A DNA stretch of 64,000 bases from Desulfobacterales bacterium (GTDB lineage Bacteria; Desulfobacterota; Desulfobacteria; Desulfobacterales; UBA2174), in assembly GCA_963668645.2 (NCBI GenBank), contig CAXXWC010000003.1, forward strand, positions 224,001 through 288,000. Reading direction: 5' to 3'. The notes below the pieces were generated by a model that saw only the letters and a program-made list of their open reading frames with translations, was not told the DNA's origin and made no database searches. The stretch's first letter is position 1; every line of letters starts with the position of its first letter. Positions 57,992 through 64,000 of the stretch are shown piece after piece. The position numbers and the translations under genes were made by a program.

Positions 57992-58351
57992 TCAGACCAA
58001 TCCCGTTTTGGTAAAATCCAGTGAAAGGCCGCGCCGTACGGATGATCGATCAATAAAGACAAGCTATCGTGGTGAGGCGGAACTACCCTTACGACATACT
58101 CAAACCACCCCAGATGAAACCAGGCGCCTGGTGTGGTGTATGCGCGCACTCTGGACGCCCTCAAAAAGAAAATCCATTTTGTGAGATGTCAATCATTGTT
58201 TTTCTGAGTGGCCAAATTGTCAAGCAGATTTTTTTGCGATCCGGTCTGAAGCCGCGCCAGACGGCGATTTCTTGCAACGGGAACAAATAGCTGTTATTTT
58301 TATTACCGTACCAAGGCCGCTCTCAACCGGAACTTTCTCAAGGAGCCTGCC

Positions 58352-58882
58352 ATGTTTTCAACAGCTTTGGAGCGCATCCATATTCAGCACGGCGACATTA
58401 CCCCACTTGAGGTCGATGCCATTGTCAATGCGGCCAACACCACCTTGCTGGGCGGTGGCGGGGTGGACGGTGCCATCCACCGGGCCGCCGGTCCTGAACT
58501 GCTTGCCGAGTGCCGCACCCTGGGCGGATGCCCCACCGGCGAAGCCCGAATCACCAGGGGCTACCGCCTGCCGGCCCGTTTCGTCATTCACACCGTAGGG
58601 CCGGTCTATTCCGGCCGGGCCCGGGATGCACGGCTGCTGGCGGACTGCTATCGCAACAGTCTGAAACTGGCACTGGACCACGGCTTGGCCAGCATCGCCT
58701 TTCCGGCGATCAGTTGCGGAGTTTACGGATATCCCATCGCCGACGCCGCCCGCATCGCCCTGGATACCGTCATCTCCTTTCTGAAGACCACCGATGGCAT
58801 CACCAGGGTCGTCTTCGTCCTTTTTTCAGACTCCGATCTGGCGGTCTACCAAAAATGTCTCTCGGATCTGCAGGCCCGGTGA
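58352..58882 (+). CDS. Macrodomain protein, O-acetyl-ADP-ribose deacetylase (YmdB-like)
   Basis: GDIT..VDAIVNAAN..LLGGGGVDGAIHRAAG, VIHTVGP, AFPAISCGVYGYP; AAGGAG RBS. Confidence 0.95.
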   Translation: MFSTALERIHIQHGDITPLEVDAIVNAANTTLLGGGGVDGAIHRAAGPELLAECRTLGGCPTGEARITRGYRLPARFVIHTVGPVYSGRARDARLLADCYRNSLKLALDHGLASIAFPAISCGVYGYPIADAARIALDTVISFLKTTDGITRVVFVLFSDSDLAVYQKCLSDLQAR

Positions 58883-58952
58883 TCTGCATCTGAAGGTTGA
58901 TCCAAAATCCAGCAGCAAAGATTGCCGCAATCAATCCAGGGCAGACAGGCCA

Positions 58953-58981
58953 TTGACAAGACAAATTATGGGCATTAGGTT
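58953..58981 (+). promoter_or_regulatory. Putative sigma70 promoter for the HesB-like selenoprotein gene
   Basis: TTGACA (58953-58958), 17-nt spacer, TAGGTT (58976-58981). Confidence 0.5.
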
Positions 58982-59058
58982 CAGCCCGTTTTTACACTGC
59001 TGTCGCGTATAACTACGCCTTTTTGCAAGGCTAACCTTATCTCTTAAAGGAGGTTTAA

Positions 59059-59379
59059 ATGTTCGAGGTAACCCCTGCAGCGATCGAACAGATCGCCGAA
59101 TACTTCAAGGGCCGGGACCCTCAACCCATCCGCGTCTTTCTCAACGAGGGAGGGTGAGGCGGCCCTTCGCTGGCGATGGCTCTGGATGAGCCGCGCGATA
59201 CGGACGAAACCATTGCGGTCAACGGTTTCACCTTTTTGGTCAACAAGGATTTTCTTGACAAAGTCCAGCCGATCAAGGTTGATTTCACCGGCTTCGGCTT
59301 CAAGCTCGATTGCGGAACCGAGTTCGGCGGCGGAGGAGGAGGCTGCTCGGGCTGCGGATCTTCACAAACCTGCGGCTGA
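59059..59379 (+). CDS. HesB/IscA-like selenoprotein (Sec encoded by in-frame TGA at 59155-59157)
   Basis: AAGGAGG RBS, ATG 59059, MFEVTPAAIEQIAEYFKGRDPQPIRVFLNEGG-U-GGPSLAMALDEP... continuing in frame into the 59176-59379 ORF (106 aa). The TGA sits at the conserved GGCxG cysteine position of A-type Fe-S carriers. Confidence 0.92.
59173..59196 (+). promoter_or_regulatory. Bacterial SECIS-like hairpin
   Basis: GCGATGGCTC-TGGAT-GAGCCGCGC stem-loop; the loop begins ~25 nt after the TGA and has G at its second position. Confidence 0.7.
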
Positions 59380-59402
59380 CACAAAAGCCGGCACAAGACT
59401 CG

Positions 59403-59442
59403 AACAAGGGGCGCTTCGCAAAAAGGCGCCCCTTGTTGTGTT
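59403..59442 (+). terminator. Stem-loop (terminator or mRNA stabiliser) between the selenoprotein gene and ycaO-like gene
   Basis: Perfect 12-bp stem AACAAGGGGCGC / GCGCCCCTTGTT with only a weak U tail (GTGTT). Confidence 0.6.
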
Positions 59443-59463
59443 AAATCGTTTTCGGAGGTTTCC

Positions 59464-61212
59464 ATGCCCCCTGCTCATCTGGTGTTGCGCGATGCTCCGA
59501 AGGGTTTTTTCGCCGATGTCGAAAAACTCGTCTCCCCCGAGGAGACGGTGGCCCGTTTGCGCCAGCGACTGCGTACCCTCGATCTGGATATCCTCAAGGA
59601 GACCAAGCGCATCGACAATGGGCGGCTCGATATTCCGGTCTTTTTCAGCACCTGCGGCCGGGATGCCCAGCGCACCATCGGCAACCGCAAACAGATGGGC
59701 AAGGGTGCCACCCCGGCCCAGGCTGAAGCCAGTGCGGTGATGGAACTGGCCGAACGATTCAGTCTTTTCAGCTTCAGGCAGGACGAAACGCGCTTTACCA
59801 CGGCCACAGCCCGGAATCTGGGATCTGAAATGATCGCCACGGATCTTCTGGCCCGGTCGGTTCACGACGGATCGCCCGAAGGCGAACTGGCCTTTCAAAT
59901 CCTCGCCGACCTGCCGCTGCGCTGGATCTGGGCCTATGACCTGACCGGAGGCCGCCCACGGCAAATACCCTTCGACTGGTTTTATGCCATCAATGCCTAC
60001 AACGGGTCGGCAGCGGGAAATTGCATCGAGGAGGCTATTTGCCAGGGGATCTGCGAGGTGGTGGAGCGAGATGTTTCGGCCCGCATCGACCGTTGCCGGC
60101 AGCCCCTGCCCGCCATCGATCCGGACTCGGTGACCGATCCGGTCTGCCGCCAGTTGATCGACAAATTTCAGCGCAACGGCATTGTCTTATACATCTCCGA
60201 TTTCAGCCTCGATACGGCCATTCCCACCGTGGGAGTCCTGGCCTGGGATCCGGCCACTTTTCCCCGGCGCAGTGAAATCGTCTGGACCGCCGGCACCGCC
60301 ACCAGCCCCCGCCGCGCCCTGAGCCGCACCTTGACCGAGGTGGCCCAGCTGGCCGGAGACTTCGACAGCGGAGCCAATTTCGAGGCCAGCGGCCTTCCCA
60401 AATTCAAGGATCTCGACCAGGCCGCCTTCGTCACCGCCCCGGCGACCCGCCGCCGCCTGGAGGATCTGCCCGATCTTTCCGACGCCAATCTCAGGGTGGA
60501 GGTCGAGCGGTTGACCCGGACCCTGGCCGACCGGCAGATGCCGGTCCTGCTGGTGGACGTCACCCATCCGCGCCTGCAGGTGCCGGCCTTCTACACCATC
60601 GTTCCCGGGGCCCGCTTCCGGGAGCGGGCCTCAAACGCCAGTGTGGGCCTGATCACGGCCAAACTAATCGCCGAAACCCGGCCCGCCGAAGAGGCCTTGG
60701 AACGGCTGGCGCATTTAGACCGGTTGTTGCCGGACCGGCATTTCATCCATTTTTACCTGGGCACCTGCCTGCTTGGCCTGGATCGGATCGATCCGGCCCT
60801 GGCACATCTTCGCCGGGCCGCGGCCATGGCCCCGCCGGCCGAGGACCTGGCCAGCATCCAGGTCTACCTTGCCACGGCCCTCAACCGCTGCGAGCGCTGG
60901 CACGAGGCGATCGAGACGCTGGAGGCCGCCGCCGCACTGGACGGCCGGCGCACCGAGGTCTACAACCTCATGGGCTTTTGCCATTTTAAACTGCGGGACC
61001 ACCGCAGGGCGATCGCCTGTTTTGAAAAGGTATTGGCCCTCGACCCGGGTTCGGCCATCGATCATGCCAACATCGGTGTGAACTACCAGGCCCTGGGCGA
61101 GACTGAACGCGCCGTGGAGGCCTACCAGACGGCCCTGTCCCTGGATCCGACCATCGATTTTGCCTGGAAAAACCTCTTGGCCTTGCAGCATGATGGAAAG
61201 GTGGAAGATTGA
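59464..61212 (+). CDS. YcaO-like family protein with C-terminal TPR repeats
   Basis: YcaO ATP-binding motifs QMGKG, ASAVMELAERFS, NGSAAGN, EEAICQGICEVVERD, LTEVAQ; TPRs such as YNLMGFCHFKL..HRRAIACFEKVLALDP; GGAGG RBS. Confidence 0.92.
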   Translation: MPPAHLVLRDAPKGFFADVEKLVSPEETVARLRQRLRTLDLDILKETKRIDNGRLDIPVFFSTCGRDAQRTIGNRKQMGKGATPAQAEASAVMELAERFSLFSFRQDETRFTTATARNLGSEMIATDLLARSVHDGSPEGELAFQILADLPLRWIWAYDLTGGRPRQIPFDWFYAINAYNGSAAGNCIEEAICQGICEVVERDVSARIDRCRQPLPAIDPDSVTDPVCRQLIDKFQRNGIVLYISDFSLDTAIPTVGVLAWDPATFPRRSEIVWTAGTATSPRRALSRTLTEVAQLAGDFDSGANFEASGLPKFKDLDQAAFVTAPATRRRLEDLPDLSDANLRVEVERLTRTLADRQMPVLLVDVTHPRLQVPAFYTIVPGARFRERASNASVGLITAKLIAETRPAEEALERLAHLDRLLPDRHFIHFYLGTCLLGLDRIDPALAHLRRAAAMAPPAEDLASIQVYLATALNRCERWHEAIETLEAAAALDGRRTEVYNLMGFCHFKLRDHRRAIACFEKVLALDPGSAIDHANIGVNYQALGETERAVEAYQTALSLDPTIDFAWKNLLALQHDGKVED

Positions 61213-61242
61213 GCAGCTTTTGAATCTCCTCTCCGGCCCCTT

Positions 61243-62055
61243 TCACTCCGGGGTTGCAGGCCCGAGCCCCAGGCGCCGCCCCAGCTCCCCGGCCAGGGCG
61301 AGGTAATCCCGGGCTCCGGTGCTCGAAGGCTGGAAATAGACCACCGGCGCACCGGCATCTGTGCTCTCGGCGATGGTGGTGTTGACCCGGATCACCGCAT
61401 CGCAGATGAGGTCCCGGGTACGTTCATCCTCTTTGAGCTGGCTCAACACGTGATTGGAGACCCGGGTGCGCGCATCGAAGAGGGTCGCCACCACCCCGGC
61501 GATGGCCAGATCCGGGTTGATCTCTTCGCGAATGGCCCCGATGGTGTCGAAAAGCTCCGCCAGCGCGTTGAAGGCGTAAGGGTGGGTCTGGCAGGGCACC
61601 AGGACCTGCCCGGCGGCGGAAAAAACGTTGACCGTGAGCAGGGAGAGGCTCGGCGGCGTATCGAGCAGGATCAGGTCATAGTCGTCCAGCAGCGGCGCCA
61701 GCCCCTTGCGAAGCCGGTTTTCGCGGCCGTATTCACCGGCCAGTTCGATGTCGGCCCCGGCCAGATCCGGATGGCCGCCGATCAGATCGAGCCCTTTCCA
61801 GGCCGTGGCCGCCGCCGCTTGGCGCGCTACAGGCTCCTTGTGCCGCATAATGACATCATAGGCGGAAGGACGTCCATCCCGATCGCGCATCCCCAATCCC
61901 CAGGTGGCGTTGGCCTGGGGATCCAGGTCCACCACCAGCACCCGCTTTCCCCAGCGGCTGAAGGCAGCCGCCAGGTTGATCACCGTAACGGTCTTGCCTA
62001 CCCCACCCTTTTCGTTGGCCACGGCGATGATTCGGGTTTCGCGTCCTGCGGTCAT
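61243..62055 (-). CDS. ParA/Soj family ATPase
   Basis: ANEKGGVGKT deviant Walker A, VDLDPQANAT, LDTPPSL. Start set at ATG 62055 after AAGGAGG. Confidence 0.93.
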   Translation of the reverse strand: MTAGRETRIIAVANEKGGVGKTVTVINLAAAFSRWGKRVLVVDLDPQANATWGLGMRDRDGRPSAYDVIMRHKEPVARQAAAATAWKGLDLIGGHPDLAGADIELAGEYGRENRLRKGLAPLLDDYDLILLDTPPSLSLLTVNVFSAAGQVLVPCQTHPYAFNALAELFDTIGAIREEINPDLAIAGVVATLFDARTRVSNHVLSQLKEDERTRDLICDAVIRVNTTIAESTDAGAPVVYFQPSSTGARDYLALAGELGRRLGLGPATPE

Positions 62056-62072
62056 TTGGGCCTCCTTATAGT

Positions 62073-63998
62073 TTACGTGGACGGCATGCGATCTTCGGTC
62101 TGTTCCTCGGTTACCAGCGAGGACAAGCTTTGCTGGAATGTTTCGAATGCACGGCCCAGATCGGCCGCCTCTGTTTCCACCGCTTCCAGCCGCAAGGCGA
62201 CTTGCTGGCTGCCGGCCCCCTGAAACTCCACCTTTCCCGCCATCTGGGAAAGATCCTCTCCGTAGGCCCGCAGCTGGTCGCAAATCGACTCCTGGATACT
62301 CACTGCCGCCGCATCCAACAACTTGAAAAGATACTGGAACTTTATGTTTTCGCGATGGCTTTTAAAATGGAACTCGATGACTTTGGCCGTCTCGTGCTTA
62401 ATGCGCGGCAAGGCGTCCATCAGGGCACGCACGCCGCGCTGTTCGAGACCCGGGTTCCTCCCCCTTTTAAATGTCCGCCGTACCCACTGAACCACGGTAT
62501 AAAAGCCGAAGCGGGCCACCGCTTCCGTGCGGATACGCGCCGAAAAACGCAGCGGCGCGGCGGCCGAAGGCGCCTTGAGGCCGGCAAACCGTTTGAGGCC
62601 GTCCGCATCAAGGCGGGACCCGACGGCCGCAGCAGACGCCGCCAGGGGAGGATTACTGTCGTCCAGATCGGCCAGGGCGTCCTGGGTTATGCCAGCAAAG
62701 GGTTGGGCCACGCCCTCGAGCCGGGCCAGCATCCAGGCTTCGATACGATTGAGAAAGTTCAATATCTCCGGGGTGACGACCTCGGCCAAATAGGTTTCCA
62801 GGTCTTGGCGGAAATCCTGAAAGACCAGGTAGAGGGCGCTGGAAAAACCTGCGGCGGAAAGCGTTTCCCGGTACCTGTCAGCCTCGGGGCGGTAGCGGTG
62901 AACATATTCCAGGGTTTCGCCGACAAGCGTCCCGGTCCCGGGGCTCAGAAAACGGTCCACCTCACGGCGGATCTCCCCCCGAAGCTTATTGACGGCGCCG
63001 TCAAGGGTATCGCGCACCATCCCCTGAACCTGGTCGATACGCTGGCGCTGGCGGTCGATGCGTGCGGCCTGGACAACGGTCTGATCCGCATCCCGATCGA
63101 TCGCCTCACGGTGCAGCCGGGCCCAGCGTTCCACCCCTGCGGCCACCACGCCCATGCGGGCGATGTGATTGCCCAGGAGCAGCATCCGCCTTTCGTTGAT
63201 CATTTTGCGTTGAAAGACGGCTTGGAAACGGGCCATTTCCCCCTCGGAAAAGGCCACCAGGTCCGATTCGCCCTGCCAGTGGGCCAGCATGGCCCTGTCC
63301 CTGGGTGCCAGATCCTCGGGCACTTGCCTGCTCAAAAGATGGTAAAGAGCACTGAGGGTAAAAAGCTCCGGTTGCGGGTGAAAGGCGGTTAATTCCTGGC
63401 GGATACGATCCACCAGACGTTTCAGATCCTCCAGGGAGCCATGCTCGTTGAAGTCGCAATTGAGCACGAACAGCATGTTGGCGGCGATGCCCATCTTGCG
63501 AATGATGGACAGAAAACGGAAATCGGCCTGCCTCAGCCCCGTGCGGGTGCTGATGACGTAGACGATAAAGTGGGTCTGGAGCATGTAGTCCTGGATCATG
63601 GCCAGGTGGTGGGGGTTGGGTGAATCACTGCCTTGGCAGTCGGCGATCTCCACTCCGGGGTCGATGGGACCGCCGTCGATTTCCAGCTCCACATCGTTGA
63701 GAAAAGCCGAAAGCCGATCCTCGCCAACAAAGTCCCGGTGCCGGCTGAAGTCTTCGCCGCGCAGGCGCATGATGCCCTCCTGGCCTGCAATCAGCGAGGC
63801 CACCTGGGCATAACCGTCCAGGTAGGAGGCGATCAGCACACTGTGGGCATTCTGGGTCCCGTCGGCGATCAGGGCCGCCCGGTTCAGCTCCGCAAAGGCT
63901 GCCGCCAGCTCGTGGCGGTCCCGCTCGCGACGGATATCGAAAGACTCGCGGGCCTGCATGGCCGGCAACAGAACCATGGCCTGGGTCAGATCGGCATT
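62073..63998 (-). CDS. Dynamin-like GTPase family protein (5' partial)
   Basis: Frame is open past the window edge. IADCQGSDS (G3-like), FIVYVISTRTGL...D..FL, FVLNCD (G4 region), followed by a long helical region. The P-loop lies outside the window. Confidence 0.7.
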   Translation of the reverse strand, partial: NADLTQAMVLLPAMQARESFDIRRERDRHELAAAFAELNRAALIADGTQNAHSVLIASYLDGYAQVASLIAGQEGIMRLRGEDFSRHRDFVGEDRLSAFLNDVELEIDGGPIDPGVEIADCQGSDSPNPHHLAMIQDYMLQTHFIVYVISTRTGLRQADFRFLSIIRKMGIAANMLFVLNCDFNEHGSLEDLKRLVDRIRQELTAFHPQPELFTLSALYHLLSRQVPEDLAPRDRAMLAHWQGESDLVAFSEGEMARFQAVFQRKMINERRMLLLGNHIARMGVVAAGVERWARLHREAIDRDADQTVVQAARIDRQRQRIDQVQGMVRDTLDGAVNKLRGEIRREVDRFLSPGTGTLVGETLEYVHRYRPEADRYRETLSAAGFSSALYLVFQDFRQDLETYLAEVVTPEILNFLNRIEAWMLARLEGVAQPFAGITQDALADLDDSNPPLAASAAAVGSRLDADGLKRFAGLKAPSAAAPLRFSARIRTEAVARFGFYTVVQWVRRTFKRGRNPGLEQRGVRALMDALPRIKHETAKVIEFHFKSHRENIKFQYLFKLLDAAAVSIQESICDQLRAYGEDLSQMAGKVEFQGAGSQQVALRLEAVETEAADLGRAFETFQQSLSSLVTEEQTEDRMPST

Positions 63999-64000
63999 GA

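Noticed and set aside
12170..57304. Many long plus-strand ORFs (up to 1,635 aa) opposite the giant gene
   Set aside because: Antisense shadows of a GC-rich coding strand; no recognisable motifs.
58263..58276. Sigma54-like GG...TTGC upstream of the macrodomain gene
   Set aside because: GG-to-GC spacing is 9 nt instead of the required 10.
59155..59157. TGA read as a nonsense mutation (pseudogene)
   Set aside because: It falls at the conserved Cys position and is followed by a SECIS-like hairpin; selenocysteine fits better.
1..64000. CRISPR arrays, tRNA/rRNA genes, transposases, integrases
   Set aside because: None recognised; repeats in the giant gene are degenerate protein-level repeats.

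Overview
GC-rich bacterial chromosomal segment; gene content and the HesB-type selenoprotein suggest a sulfate-reducing Desulfobacterota-like organism (inference). The left 10.5 kb is mostly housekeeping: rhomboid-DnaJ_C fusion, DUF2156 protein, GNAT, REC-GGDEF cyclase, lepA, leuCD, FAH-family protein, TrmJ-type methylase, ndk and an FmdB-type zinc ribbon protein. About 73% of the window is one uninterrupted 46.5-kb minus-strand gene (15,496 aa) for a giant acidic LEPR-XLL protein. It contains novel repeat blocks, internal RTX repeats, a beta-helix-like spine with inserted branches (~15 FliD-like repeats, a C-type lectin, a long coiled coil), a 7-blade FG-GAP propeller, Ig/cadherin/PKD domains and a cohesin-dockerin-cohesin module. 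A small secreted cohesin+dockerin protein is encoded immediately downstream. The right end holds a macrodomain gene, a UGA-recoded HesB-like selenoprotein missed by the ORF track (SECIS-like hairpin present) next to a stand-alone YcaO-TPR enzyme, a ParA ATPase and a partial dynamin-like GTPase. Non-coding signals include an unexplained ~210-290 nt rod-like RNA structure flanked by direct repeats (7134-7578) and a REP doublet (10530-10599). All domain calls are by motif recognition, without database searches; internal domain coordinates are approximate.
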